Positions 10,543 to 20,895 of a stretch of DNA of 64,000 nucleotides are shown piece by piece. The stretch lies in the IMG/VR virus record IMGVR_UViG_3300032087_004682. The stretch is one strand, 5' to 3'. This stretch comes from an uncultured virus (IMG/VR IMGVR_UViG_3300032087_004682) (taxonomy: Duplodnaviria; Heunggongvirae; Uroviricota; Caudoviricetes). The position numbers and the translations under genes were made by a program. Under the pieces are notes generated by a model. That model searched no databases and had not been told where the DNA came from. It saw nothing but the letters and a program-made list of their open reading frames with translations. Every line of letters begins with the position of its first letter. Position 1 is the stretch's first letter.

Positions 10543-12468
10543 TTAAAGGTAGGAAGACCAGTTAGTAACCGCTGAGTTAGCATCAAAGTTCTCAACAATC
10601 AAGTGACGTGCAGGCACATCCATCATGGTTGTCCACTTTGTGGAACGCAGACTGTACTCGGTTTCCTTGTGAGCCATGCGACATTTGTACTCAGACATTA
10701 CTTCTGGTTTTGGCCATTTACGGGAAACTGCATTAGTTCCAGCAATACCAATTTTGACATCAGACCAGTCGATAAACCACATAGCACGCATAACCTTAGC
10801 ATACTCTGCGCTAAGTCCTGCTGTACCAAATACTTTAGATCCTGAACGACTTCCATCTTTAAGGATAGATTCATCTCCATCTGCTCCAGCAAATCCAGCA
10901 CCATTAAACAACATTGAGCCTTGGTTGATAAGGTCATCAAAGTATGGGTCATGGAATACTGCCAACTGACAACCGACTTCTGGAAGGTCGTACATGGAGT
11001 AGTTAAACAACAAGATACCGTTGTGGGTGATTTGTTGATTGATCTGAGCATTGCGATCTAATCCCCATCCGTAACGAGCTTGGTAGTATTTATTAAATAC
11101 TTCAAAAAGCTTGTTGTAGGTGAAGCGGTCAGTCATTACATCAACTACGCTGATGCTGGAGCCGTCTTGCTCACGATTGCGCTTCAGGTAGTAAATGTCA
11201 GACTGAAGATCCTCAAGGGTATACGGTGCGCCACCTTTAGATTTAACACGATTGGACTCAGCCAGAAGCGCCTTGATACCAAGAGCATTTGACTTGTACT
11301 CAAGTGTGCAGGAAGGATCTTCTGGGTCAGTAACCGCAGGAAGCTGCATGTAAGTTTCAGGAGTTTGCTTGTCATTGATTGGTTGATTGAACCAAGTAGA
11401 ACGCAACCACTGATCTTGAGAAGCCTGAGAAGCAATTTTGTTTTGCTCTGCCAAGGGTTGATAAACCATGGACTTAAGGTAGTGATTGACATCACCGTTC
11501 ATGATTTTCTGAAGAGTTTCCTTGTAGGCTTGGTCTACGGTTCTGGACTCACGGGTGGTTTGCAACCAGTTGACGATCAAGCGAACACTTAAATCGGTTG
11601 GTTGATTTTGGCACCATTCCTCAAAATCGTTAACATTGTTAGCGATCGTCTGAACAAGACCATACTCTGGGGTGTACTGGTTAAGTAAGGTTGTGCCAGG
11701 TGCCCATGTAGTTGTGCTACCATATCCAGCACCAGAAATTCCAGCACCAGTAGGACGAAGTGTTACCTTAGCTTTTGCAACTTGATTACTACCAGTAGCA
11801 GTGGAATCAACAGACCCAACAATTTTAAATTGTACTTCAATTGGCTCTTTGCTGGTTGCGTCCCAGTGATTAACGATGACATATCCACCAGGAAGGAAGT
11901 AACGGTCAATGCGATCAATTGGGGATGCCCAGTCAGATGCACCAAGGTTTACTTCTACCACCCAGTCAGACCCATCATAGCTATAACCATTTGCATAAGC
12001 AGAGGTGCCTTTTACTGAAGCTGCTCCACTCTCGATCGCAAAGTAACCACTATTGATTACAGAGCGTTGACGACGCTGAATGTAAGGAAGAATAATTGAT
12101 TGCTCAGCAACATTAACCTTATTGATAAGTGGTTTAATGTTGGTGATTGAACTATTGAGAAGATCAACGAGCCCGCGCTGTTTTACTCCGAGCATTTTTG
12201 CCTCAGCTGAAGAAGCAATAACCCGAGCAAGGTCAATTTCCTTATTGGAAAGAGCCTCAAATTCGGCTGGCGTTAAACCTTTAATAGAAGCATTAGTCAA
12301 GGTACAACCAGTTGAGTCGTCCACCTTGATAATACGAGTCAAACCTCCACCAGTAAAGGTAGCAGAGCTTTGAGATTTAATAAGATTGGACTGAGTTACG
12401 TTCGCAGTTGCCGTACTTGGGTCCGCTGTTACGCCGGGAGCCGGCATGTTTGGATCGTTAATAGCCAT
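10543..12468 (-). CDS. Probable major capsid protein (641 aa)
   Basis: Gene order TerL-portal-scaffold-this gene, followed by a terminator; C-terminal RHLIVENF is capsid-like. Inferred from synteny. Confidence 0.65.
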   Translation of the reverse strand: MAINDPNMPAPGVTADPSTATANVTQSNLIKSQSSATFTGGGLTRIIKVDDSTGCTLTNASIKGLTPAEFEALSNKEIDLARVIASSAEAKMLGVKQRGLVDLLNSSITNIKPLINKVNVAEQSIILPYIQRRQRSVINSGYFAIESGAASVKGTSAYANGYSYDGSDWVVEVNLGASDWASPIDRIDRYFLPGGYVIVNHWDATSKEPIEVQFKIVGSVDSTATGSNQVAKAKVTLRPTGAGISGAGYGSTTTWAPGTTLLNQYTPEYGLVQTIANNVNDFEEWCQNQPTDLSVRLIVNWLQTTRESRTVDQAYKETLQKIMNGDVNHYLKSMVYQPLAEQNKIASQASQDQWLRSTWFNQPINDKQTPETYMQLPAVTDPEDPSCTLEYKSNALGIKALLAESNRVKSKGGAPYTLEDLQSDIYYLKRNREQDGSSISVVDVMTDRFTYNKLFEVFNKYYQARYGWGLDRNAQINQQITHNGILLFNYSMYDLPEVGCQLAVFHDPYFDDLINQGSMLFNGAGFAGADGDESILKDGSRSGSKVFGTAGLSAEYAKVMRAMWFIDWSDVKIGIAGTNAVSRKWPKPEVMSEYKCRMAHKETEYSLRSTKWTTMMDVPARHLIVENFDANSAVTNWSSYL

Positions 12469-12619
12469 AATATTATTAGTTGGTTAGTGTTACAATAATT
12501 TGCTTGTAACACCATATTACCAAAAAATGGCTACCTCAGGTGAATCCGCTAAATTTTACTAAAAAAAAGTTGTTTTTTCAGAAAAGTGCCTTTGTTGGCA
12601 CAATGTTAAAATCAGATTT

Positions 12620-14023
12620 TTATAATCCCAAAACCGACTCAATAGCAGTTTTTTGTGGTGGATTTGGCTTACTGCCTGGCGTGTTGCCAGGACGAGGAGC
12701 AGAGCTAACTTGTGGGGGTGCCTGCCTTACAGGTGCTTGTTGCTGAACAGGTTGCGGCTGCTCTTGTACTTGTTGCTGTGCTTGCTCTACAGCTTGCTGC
12801 GCTTGTGCCCGTGTGTAACCAGATGCTTCCAGTAGTTGCCTCTGCTGATCTAATGACTGTTTAATCCTTTGTTTTGCACGAATGGTAAGAATCTTAATCA
12901 AATCCTCATCACTCCATGTAAAATACTTTGATCTTTGGTTTTCTGGTAACCTAAAGAATCTTTCACGGCGCATAAATGTTTTACCATCTACCATAGTTTC
13001 ACCAGTAGCAATATATTGATCCTGTTCGTTATTAACCCAGTTTAATAACTTTTGATGAACTTCATTATTTTGATCATAACTTACCATACCTTGAGTTATA
13101 TCAAGTAGAGTATCGCCCACATTATGTAAGTCTCTGGTTATGTTATCTACAATTTGGTACTCAAGTGGGTTTGTTTTAGCAAAATTCTGCACCGCTTCTT
13201 CTGATGCAACTTGCTCATGTAGCTCTTCAGGGATGGCAGTAACTGAATGCTCTCTAAACATTCTTTTGTATTGATGAACCTCAGGTGCCTTGCGGGCTCT
13301 CTCCTGTTCAAGTTTTGCACGCTCTCGCTCTGGAGCCTGCTTCTCCTCGATTCTGCGCATTGCTTCGTGAATATTTCTTTCACGCTCAATTTTACGAATA
13401 TCTGTTTGATTAAACCTTGGGCGATTCTTGCGAATAAACTCTTGGTAGTCTGAGTCGTCAGATAGATCTACATGTGGGTCATCGGAAATTCTTTTCTCTA
13501 TATACTTTTTTGTCTTCTCAAAGTATTGCTTAAATTCACGATCCTTACCTTCGTATCCCTCCAAATTATTTGAGGCAAACTTAGCCAAATCAAATATATC
13601 ACGCTCCTCAGGAAGCAAACTATCTACAAACTCTTTATCTGGATCAGTTTCGGGGAAAGCATTGTATTGCTCTTTGTATTGCCTTTCCTCTGGAGTTTCT
13701 AAATCTGGATCAACAATATTTTTTACCTTCTTCTTTTTGGGTTTTGTTTTTTCAGGCTCTGCCTTAACCGCTTCTTGATTATCACCCTCTGGCTCCTGAT
13801 CTTCGGCTTGTACTTCTGGCTCTTGCTCTGGCTCATCCTCTAATTGATCAACTGCATCTGATAATGAAATAGGAGAACCCAAGTCTTCTTCCTGCTCATC
13901 CACCTCTGGCTCATCGGCTGCCACAAATAAGGCATCATACAAGGAGTTTGTTTCAGGTACCTTAGGGGCCTCTGGCTCAGGTGTATCAGTTACTTCATTG
14001 GGGTTTTGTTCTTCTTCGCTCAT
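12620..14023 (-). CDS. Probable capsid scaffolding protein
   Basis: Acidic disordered N-terminus, helical core, Q/P-rich tail; lies between portal and capsid. Confidence 0.6.
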   Translation of the reverse strand: MSEEEQNPNEVTDTPEPEAPKVPETNSLYDALFVAADEPEVDEQEEDLGSPISLSDAVDQLEDEPEQEPEVQAEDQEPEGDNQEAVKAEPEKTKPKKKKVKNIVDPDLETPEERQYKEQYNAFPETDPDKEFVDSLLPEERDIFDLAKFASNNLEGYEGKDREFKQYFEKTKKYIEKRISDDPHVDLSDDSDYQEFIRKNRPRFNQTDIRKIERERNIHEAMRRIEEKQAPERERAKLEQERARKAPEVHQYKRMFREHSVTAIPEELHEQVASEEAVQNFAKTNPLEYQIVDNITRDLHNVGDTLLDITQGMVSYDQNNEVHQKLLNWVNNEQDQYIATGETMVDGKTFMRRERFFRLPENQRSKYFTWSDEDLIKILTIRAKQRIKQSLDQQRQLLEASGYTRAQAQQAVEQAQQQVQEQPQPVQQQAPVRQAPPQVSSAPRPGNTPGSKPNPPQKTAIESVLGL

Positions 14024-16308
14024 AACATTACTTGTTGATCTGGTGATGTTTTAGGTTGTTGATCTGGTTGTGGTGGTGCCTCACGAGGTGGCATTTCCCT
14101 TCCCGCTGGGGGTTGGGGTTGAGACTGGGGTTGTCCTCCACCCTGTGCCATATCTATAAGTTTTTCTACCGCTTGTAATACTTGGGGCCATTCCTGCTTT
14201 AATTTTGTAAGGAACTGCTCATTTTGCATACTTCCAATTTCTTGCTGCTGGTCAGCCTCGTCGGTTTGTAATTTGAGGTCATGGGCACCACTCATGCGAA
14301 ATACCTCATTCATTATTTCAAACATCCTATCCTTCCCGAGCATCTGCATCATGCCCTCTATTTGCAATAAGTTAGCTAATGCCTGACCTAGAACTTGCGC
14401 TGATTGCGTGTCTCTTGCTCTCTCGGCGCCATCTCTGCTACTAAACAAATATTCATGTATGAGGTTAGCAGGTGTACCAATTACATTTCTTGAAGCTGCT
14501 TCAAATTCTCCTTCAGTTTCTGACTCAAAGCCAGCATCACGAATTACTCTATCTGTGTACCTTTGTTTAATTGGTACAACAAACTTATCAGTTGAGCAGG
14601 ATACTAAATGTTCGTAGAAGAGTTTTTTTGCTGCAGCGCGCATATCATCAATCCCTTCTGATATAAAGGAGTATATGCTATTTGTAGTGTTTGCGATTTC
14701 AGCTACCTCGGTTGCGGAGATTTCCCTCGGAGCGGGCTGACCCAGCTCCTGTGGAGACAGGATCAGCAAGCGCTCTACGAGATTAAGCAACTGGAGGATT
14801 GCTTGTATTGACTGATTGATTCCAGCCGAAAGCTCTTTCTGTGCATCAACAATCTGTATGAAATTATTATTATTTATACCTAAATCCGCTGCCTTTTGAC
14901 CTGAGTAAAATAATGCTTTGGGTTTAGAGTAAAATGTATCTTCAGATAACCCATCCTTTATGTACTCTTTTACATCATCATCCAGGGCATCCTGGTCTAT
15001 ACAGAATATACGCATCATGCTCACCTTCATATCATGGAGCATTTTTGTCATGATATTAGATAATTGATCCTGGAATGGCATGATTTCATGAGCCACGGAT
15101 ATATTGGCCATGCGATCATCATTCTCATTTATACCACCATATATAGCAGGAAGTGATGGCATGTACTCTGCATGTATTACAGTTTCATCACTAGCCACAG
15201 TAAGCTTGAGCCATACTTCATGGGGGTAATCACCAAGGCCGTCACGCTTTGGATTTACACGCATATACATATTGGTAACAAACATCCCTTTGTCTGTATC
15301 CTCCGAGGAGTAAACACCAGTATTCTGCGTGCGCTCGTTGTGGAATGGGTACTGATCGTTTACCCGGGGGAAAGCCATGCTTTCCGTAAAGTAATAATTA
15401 AAGTAGTCTGCGTAATCAGAGTATAGTGCGTGCAAGGAATTGGTGTAACTTATCTTGTCGGAGTTCCATGTGGATGGATTGTCTTTTATGTCACCATATC
15501 TAATGATATCCCAATAACCAATCCACTCAGGACCCTGGTTGATATTAAGGTCATGTAGCGGTCTTGATTGATCCCAAACTACCCTAGTTGGGTGCGGGGT
15601 TTTAAGTTTTACTCCACCACGCTCTGTGTATGACTCCAGTTTCTCCTCGCCAGTTAATTCATCTACGGTCTTTCTCCATTGCACTTCTTCAGACCAAGAT
15701 GTCTCAGGAAACGCTACCGAGTGACCATACATAAACATTTGGCGAATAGCTTGCTCCCATAGATGCCTGTAACCAAATTGGTCAGTCATCATCTCAACAC
15801 GTTGTGACAAAACATCAGCCCGCAACTTATCCTCTAGGGATGTACTGCGTGACTCATACTTGAAGTATGGATAGAGGTTACTAAACCTATGTACCTGGGC
15901 AGCTACCCGTCTTGTTACATAGGATCGTATGAGGTTAACACTAACTTCATACAGCCTAAGTGTATTAATAGTTTTAAGCTTACCCTCATCATCATACTCA
16001 CAAAACTGATCCGCTACCTTCAGATCATCCAGGCTATCATGGCATTGATCCACAGTGATCTTACCTTGTGCATACTGTAATAACGGAATGGTTGCCTTAT
16101 TTATGGGTAGGCTGTCCCATGCAATGTCTACCGACATGTACAACTTGGAGTTTTTAACGGAGTTGCGTATCCCCTCTATGATGCGTGACTGTATTAAATC
16201 CTGGAAGTTCTCACGAACATCTCGGTCGGTACCCTTCTCAGCCGTGAATATTTCACGGAGTCTTGCCTGTGTGCATCCGTGCTTCTCAAGTATTTCTAAG
16301 TCTACCAT
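14020..16308 (-). CDS. Portal protein
   Basis: 762 aa downstream of TerL; SATEVA motif and Q/P-rich C-tail typical of P22/T7-type portals. Confidence 0.75.
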   Translation of the reverse strand: MVDLEILEKHGCTQARLREIFTAEKGTDRDVRENFQDLIQSRIIEGIRNSVKNSKLYMSVDIAWDSLPINKATIPLLQYAQGKITVDQCHDSLDDLKVADQFCEYDDEGKLKTINTLRLYEVSVNLIRSYVTRRVAAQVHRFSNLYPYFKYESRSTSLEDKLRADVLSQRVEMMTDQFGYRHLWEQAIRQMFMYGHSVAFPETSWSEEVQWRKTVDELTGEEKLESYTERGGVKLKTPHPTRVVWDQSRPLHDLNINQGPEWIGYWDIIRYGDIKDNPSTWNSDKISYTNSLHALYSDYADYFNYYFTESMAFPRVNDQYPFHNERTQNTGVYSSEDTDKGMFVTNMYMRVNPKRDGLGDYPHEVWLKLTVASDETVIHAEYMPSLPAIYGGINENDDRMANISVAHEIMPFQDQLSNIMTKMLHDMKVSMMRIFCIDQDALDDDVKEYIKDGLSEDTFYSKPKALFYSGQKAADLGINNNNFIQIVDAQKELSAGINQSIQAILQLLNLVERLLILSPQELGQPAPREISATEVAEIANTTNSIYSFISEGIDDMRAAAKKLFYEHLVSCSTDKFVVPIKQRYTDRVIRDAGFESETEGEFEAASRNVIGTPANLIHEYLFSSRDGAERARDTQSAQVLGQALANLLQIEGMMQMLGKDRMFEIMNEVFRMSGAHDLKLQTDEADQQQEIGSMQNEQFLTKLKQEWPQVLQAVEKLIDMAQGGGQPQSQPQPPAGREMPPREAPPQPDQQPKTSPDQQVML

Positions 16309-16629
16309 TTAATCCTCCGTAAATTTAAATAAGTTGTCTACCGCATCAGGGATAAAATCCCCTAGGTATTGCTTTTCTAGCATGGTAAGTAAGATGCACG
16401 CTGATAAAGGTAGCTTCCGTGTCTTTACAATTTTAGAATCTAATTCTTGTATTCCAATTAATGCGCCCATCTCTTCATATGTCATACGAAGAAACGAACA
16501 CATCCGCTCTACCCTCTGCTGATCCCAGATTTTGCGTATGCCAAGACTCTCGTAATGGCATTTAATAAGAAGCGACGCAGTCGTTTCAACATCACTCTTC
16601 TTCCTCCTCGACTTCCTCTTCTTCGTCAT
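16309..16629 (-). CDS. Small HTH-like protein
   Basis: MTYEEMGALIGI resembles an XRE-type helix pair. Confidence 0.45.
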   Translation of the reverse strand: MTKKRKSRRKKSDVETTASLLIKCHYESLGIRKIWDQQRVERMCSFLRMTYEEMGALIGIQELDSKIVKTRKLPLSACILLTMLEKQYLGDFIPDAVDNLFKFTED

Positions 16630-16813
16630 CAGAGCCTTCGCTAATTAAGGAAACCGAAACAACACTATCTAAAGGAAGTGCTGCACGATTTTCAGATAAT
16701 TCACTAATGGAACATTCAGCGGTGATCTTGATTTTGTCACCTACGGACATATCTTCAAAGTCATCAAGGATGTCAGGATTAGATTTAAGATCTATTGTAA
16801 TAATACTTTCCAT
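16592..16813 (-). CDS. Small acidic protein
   Basis: ATG at 16813 directly follows a GTWAC-N12-GTWAC box; poly-Glu tail. Confidence 0.5.
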   Translation of the reverse strand: MESIITIDLKSNPDILDDFEDMSVGDKIKITAECSISELSENRAALPLDSVVSVSLISEGSDDEEEEVEEEEE

Positions 16814-16845
16814 AAAGTGTAACTTAGGATTTATTGTAACTAAAA

Positions 16846-18384
16846 TCAAGCCCCTATTTCAATTATCTCAGAACCTCTTGTTTGCCCTATATTTACATAG
16901 TGTGTGGACTCATGATAAATGATTGGATAACTCATGGCATCAAAGGCGTGTACATACACACTACGCTTTGGTTTGAATGCTATGTTTGGGTCGTATGTCT
17001 TACCAGGCTTCTCGGATACCAGATTGCGAAACATCTTAATAACGCTGGTGCATTGTGCGGATACCATTATCTCCTCTGATTGCAACTTTGCCACCGTAAG
17101 CCTTACCCTAGCCTCTACGGATCCACTAAACTTTGGTGCTGCTCTCATGCGAATTGGTGGCAACTTAAATGTCTTTGCTTTGTCTCTGGATATTTCCTCT
17201 ATGTCCCTTACGTCATAAGAGCCTGTTTTTGCCCTGTATTGATTGAACGCAGAGTTGTCAGATATATGGATGAAGTTTAAATCTGCTCCAACGGTGCGGT
17301 TCCAGTATGACATCTTCCTCATCACTAGTGGAATTAGCGAGGTGTATGGAAGCTTCTTATTAATAACCACCATCTCATCAAAGATTGCCCACACGGTTTT
17401 ATCTACGCCCGGTAGTGCCTGCATGAAGATTATGGCATTATTAACAGAACCAGGGTCCCATCCCATGATTACTGGATATTCTGGGTTTGGTATTATACCA
17501 CTCTTGGCATCACCTACCACATGTAGTGTATTATTAAAGTAAGGGCCAAAGATTGCATCACCAGCTGGGCGGTCAATCCATTCACCACGAACCATCCGTG
17601 CCTCCTCAACTGGATCGGACTTAACAGCCTCCAGGATTCGGTCGTAATAACCAAGCGGGAGATTATCTACATTTTCCTTAATTGGCACATGGTATGTAGA
17701 GTAATCATCGTTCCAGTTGCCCTCATCATCATACGGCTCCTCAAAAAACCTCTTGTATACCCAGTGGCTCGGACCATCGGGGTTGCAGGCCGCTAAGTAT
17801 TGTTGTGGCCCATTAATTCCCTGCCTTCTACCTAGCTGCTGAACTACTGCATTGAAATAGTCCGATGTATCTAAGTTGGTAAGCTCGTCCACAAATACAA
17901 GGCTAGGCTCAAAACCCTTAATCCTGTCTTTAATAAAAGCACCATATGGAACAGATATAAGCACGACCCGAGAATGACCACCAAACCTATTCTCTATATC
18001 TATATATAAGTTCTTCTGAGTATCTTGCCTCTCATCGGTGTGGCTCAACCCAATGCCATCCTTCCACTCAGGTAGTATTTCAACCTGAAGTTTATGCCAG
18101 ACACCACCAAGAGTAGCCTGGGATCGCACACCAACTATGATTAATGCCAGGGCATTAAAGTTCTCATAGCAGTGTCGGACTAACTTGTGACCACCTAAAC
18201 TGAATGTTTTTCCAGAACCTCTCTCCCCATATGCAAGGATGTACTTGGCTGGATCATCAAAGATTTTCTGCTGAGTTGGACTAAGTGAGGGACTCCATTG
18301 ACTAGCCTCCTTGGGTTCATTCTCCTCACTTACGACAGCTTGAGCTAACCTCTCAGCAAGCTCATTGTGCTTCAGCTTTTTCAT
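16846..18384 (-). CDS. terL: Terminase large subunit
   Basis: Walker A GERGSGKT, Walker B VFVDE, ACNP coupling motif, nuclease GWDPG and C-terminal HAFDAMSY. Confidence 0.92.
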   Translation of the reverse strand: MKKLKHNELAERLAQAVVSEENEPKEASQWSPSLSPTQQKIFDDPAKYILAYGERGSGKTFSLGGHKLVRHCYENFNALALIIVGVRSQATLGGVWHKLQVEILPEWKDGIGLSHTDERQDTQKNLYIDIENRFGGHSRVVLISVPYGAFIKDRIKGFEPSLVFVDELTNLDTSDYFNAVVQQLGRRQGINGPQQYLAACNPDGPSHWVYKRFFEEPYDDEGNWNDDYSTYHVPIKENVDNLPLGYYDRILEAVKSDPVEEARMVRGEWIDRPAGDAIFGPYFNNTLHVVGDAKSGIIPNPEYPVIMGWDPGSVNNAIIFMQALPGVDKTVWAIFDEMVVINKKLPYTSLIPLVMRKMSYWNRTVGADLNFIHISDNSAFNQYRAKTGSYDVRDIEEISRDKAKTFKLPPIRMRAAPKFSGSVEARVRLTVAKLQSEEIMVSAQCTSVIKMFRNLVSEKPGKTYDPNIAFKPKRSVYVHAFDAMSYPIIYHESTHYVNIGQTRGSEIIEIGA

Positions 18385-19036
18385 TCATTTCCTTCAGTTC
18401 TTTAAGTGGTCGGAAGCCTGGCTTCTTCTTGGTCTCTGCTTTTTCCTTTTGATCGTATAATCTAAGCTGAAATTCTAATCCTTTCAAAAGTCTGTCGTGA
18501 AATTTACCCTGCTGTTCGCATGCCTGAATAAGAAGCCTGGTCTTTAATGCTTTCTCCTCTATATCCATCATGGGATCCTGTAGCTCATCCTTTAATTGCT
18601 CGGATAACTCAAACAAGGATAGGTTCTGCCTTATATTGATCTTCTGGGTTACGCTTAGTGCGTGTGCCATTAATTGACCTACGGAATCATCAAACTCTTT
18701 AAATACATCTAATTTCTTAATGTTGTCTGGGTTTGATAACATCGTATTGATGTCATTCTGAAAGACCTCCCGTCCGTTCTTTTTCAAAGCATCAAGCATC
18801 CTTTTCTGTTTATCTTCCGCAGACTCTTCACGAACCATAACCTCAATGGCATCTGGCAATGGATCGGCAGTGCCATTCTTAATCCACACAGCCCGTAGTT
18901 TAGGATCAGTGGATACACGTTTGCGTATATAGTAGTCCTTCACGCCAAAATGCTCAGCTGTCTTTTTATAATCACCATTGAATTTAGCCATAGCTTCACC
19001 CAATAGCTCGGTGCTTATCTTATGACTTTTTGGCAT
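18362..19036 (-). CDS. Possible terminase small subunit
   Basis: N-terminal HTH (DYKKTAEHFGV), helical body, overlaps the TerL start. Confidence 0.5.
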   Translation of the reverse strand: MPKSHKISTELLGEAMAKFNGDYKKTAEHFGVKDYYIRKRVSTDPKLRAVWIKNGTADPLPDAIEVMVREESAEDKQKRMLDALKKNGREVFQNDINTMLSNPDNIKKLDVFKEFDDSVGQLMAHALSVTQKINIRQNLSLFELSEQLKDELQDPMMDIEEKALKTRLLIQACEQQGKFHDRLLKGLEFQLRLYDQKEKAETKKKPGFRPLKELKEMNEKAEAQ

Positions 19037-19406
19037 CAGCTAATATTTTAATAAGTGGAAGGTATGTAGTCGACCAATTGCCTGACTGTTTCAGGTAGCT
19101 AAACTTTGCCGAACTTCTGGTGTACGCCCTCGCCCGATTCCTGTCATAGCAATCAAAGGGGTCAAAGTTACATCCAGTACAAAACGCCTGAATCTTTGGA
19201 ATAACCAATGTATCCCAACTTACCAGCTTACTTATACGCTGAATTTCAGACACAGGCATCTCGGCTGCAACTGCAACCTCCTGGTCTGACATCGCCCGAA
19301 CATGTTTAGGCGAGAACTGCTTTCTGGCTAATAATCTGACTAATGCCGGTGGGTAGTCATTTAGGATTTCCCACGGTGTCTTTCTTCCATTTTTGGACGT
19401 AATCAT
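19020..19406 (-). CDS. HTH-containing protein
   Basis: SDQEVAVAAEMPVSEIQRISK, an XRE-like HTH. Confidence 0.5.
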   Translation of the reverse strand: MITSKNGRKTPWEILNDYPPALVRLLARKQFSPKHVRAMSDQEVAVAAEMPVSEIQRISKLVSWDTLVIPKIQAFCTGCNFDPFDCYDRNRARAYTRSSAKFSYLKQSGNWSTTYLPLIKILADAKKS

Positions 19407-19587
19407 AAACTGGTTTCATGTCGCCCCACGCCTTATTCGTGGTACCGATGATTACCTTATTGTTATCATCGCAGCGATTTCCTACCAGAATCCAATCGTC
19501 ACAATACTCGCCTACAGTTGATTTGATCCGATCATACAGATCAAACGCTTCAACTCTTACCTTTGATGGTCTTTCCTTATCCTCCAT
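19357..19587 (-). CDS. Hypothetical protein
   Basis: ATG at 19587, downstream of a GTWAC-type box at 19620-19641. Confidence 0.45.
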   Translation of the reverse strand: MEDKERPSKVRVEAFDLYDRIKSTVGEYCDDWILVGNRCDDNNKVIIGTTNKAWGDMKPVYDYVQKWKKDTVGNPK

Positions 19588-19692
19588 AGATTTTAAAATT
19601 GGCGTATCCAAATCAAATTGCAACACGAAATTTTGAGTAACATTTGTCAAGGGTGTCTAAAAAGTAAATTTTAGACCAAGAAAAAAACCCTG

Positions 19693-20706
19693 TTATTTAC
19701 TGGGCTTTATTCCGAAATATTCGGACGCAAGGTCCGTATCCACCCGATTGTTTTTATAGTTTTTCAAGAAAGTCTCGGATGACATATGCCCCATGGTATC
19801 TAATGCCCACTCAAATGACTTCCAATATCCATAACTACCAAACGAATGCCTGGCACCATTGGGTGGGTATCTAAACCCTACCCTGCGAGATGCCCACCTT
19901 CTTGCTAAGTTAAGCGCATTATAAGATGGCATTACTAAACCCTTAGACCTTGGTACCCATGACCATAAATTCTCGGGTGGCTTCACCCATCGTTCTCTGC
20001 CTGTCTTAGTATGCTCTGCCTTCAACCCTATAGCCTTGCCCCAACGGATGTCTGAGTATCTCAAGGTAGCCATCTCCATCTCTGGGCGTATCCCGGTAAA
20101 TAGCATAATTGCCAAAGCGGGTTTATACTTTTCGTCTATTTCGTCTAAAAGTGCCCTAGCTTCCTCTACTTGTAGAATATCGGGTAATTTTAAAAAGACC
20201 TTTTTTGTGGTCATTTTTAGATCGGGATTAGTTTGCATATACCAATTGGTAACATTTGCTCCAAAGCCTTGCTTTGCACACCACGCCATGAAGATCCGTA
20301 CAGCCCGCCCGTACTCTTTCTTGGTTTTCTCAGACCACTTGCCTGAGTTCACATACTGCTTGTATAAATCTACCGTAACATGTGACACAGGTTTATCCTC
20401 ACCCATCCAGGCTAAAAACTTATTTACCCGCTCTTCTGTAGTAGCGTAACCCTTTTGTTTAGGTTTGGCGGGATTGTAATTATTATCGTGGTAGGAAATC
20501 AAGTAGGCATCTCTTGCTACTCTCAATAGAGTCTGATCCCCCATTGGCTCGTCTTTAGTTTTTTCAGTTAGCCAAGAAAGTGTATCAAACCTTTCTGCTT
20601 CCCACCTCTTATTAAAAAACTTTCGCCTCCTAACTCCTTGATAACTCACATCAAGAATCCAACAGTCTTTCCCGTTTGCCTTACCCGCCCTAATCTTACT
20701 TTTCAT
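19693..20706 (-). CDS. int: Tyrosine integrase
   Basis: LFTGIRPE, HTKTG, ARHSFG and MGH...NY catalytic motifs; arm-binding-like N-terminus; adjacent to the tRNA-derived attP. Confidence 0.9.
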   Translation of the reverse strand: MKSKIRAGKANGKDCWILDVSYQGVRRRKFFNKRWEAERFDTLSWLTEKTKDEPMGDQTLLRVARDAYLISYHDNNYNPAKPKQKGYATTEERVNKFLAWMGEDKPVSHVTVDLYKQYVNSGKWSEKTKKEYGRAVRIFMAWCAKQGFGANVTNWYMQTNPDLKMTTKKVFLKLPDILQVEEARALLDEIDEKYKPALAIMLFTGIRPEMEMATLRYSDIRWGKAIGLKAEHTKTGRERWVKPPENLWSWVPRSKGLVMPSYNALNLARRWASRRVGFRYPPNGARHSFGSYGYWKSFEWALDTMGHMSSETFLKNYKNNRVDTDLASEYFGIKPSK

Positions 20707-20771
20707 TTATTGCCAAAATTATTGCCAAAAAAACCATGAATTAGTGGTTATTTGTGAAACTTAGTGAAGTA

Positions 20772-20810
20772 AATAAAAAAACACCCCCCATTGCTGAGAG
20801 GTGCTTTATT
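20772..20810 (-). terminator. Terminator downstream of tRNA fragment
   Basis: Minus strand GCACCTCTCA-GCAA-TGGGGGGTGT followed by a T-run. Confidence 0.7.
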
Positions 20811-20834
20811 AGTGAGATTGTGGCTTAAAATAAG

Positions 20835-20886
20835 TGGCACACCCGGAGAGAGTCGAACTCCCAACCTCCTGATCCGTAGTCAGGGC
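20835..20886 (-). tRNA. 3' half of tRNA-Arg(ACG), att core; not a complete tRNA
   Basis: CCTGA-CTACGGA-TCAGG anticodon arm, GGGAG-TTCGACT-CTCTC T-arm, CGGGTGTG-CCA end. No D-arm or 5' acceptor strand upstream. Confidence 0.88.
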
Positions 20887-20895
20887 ATGATCCGC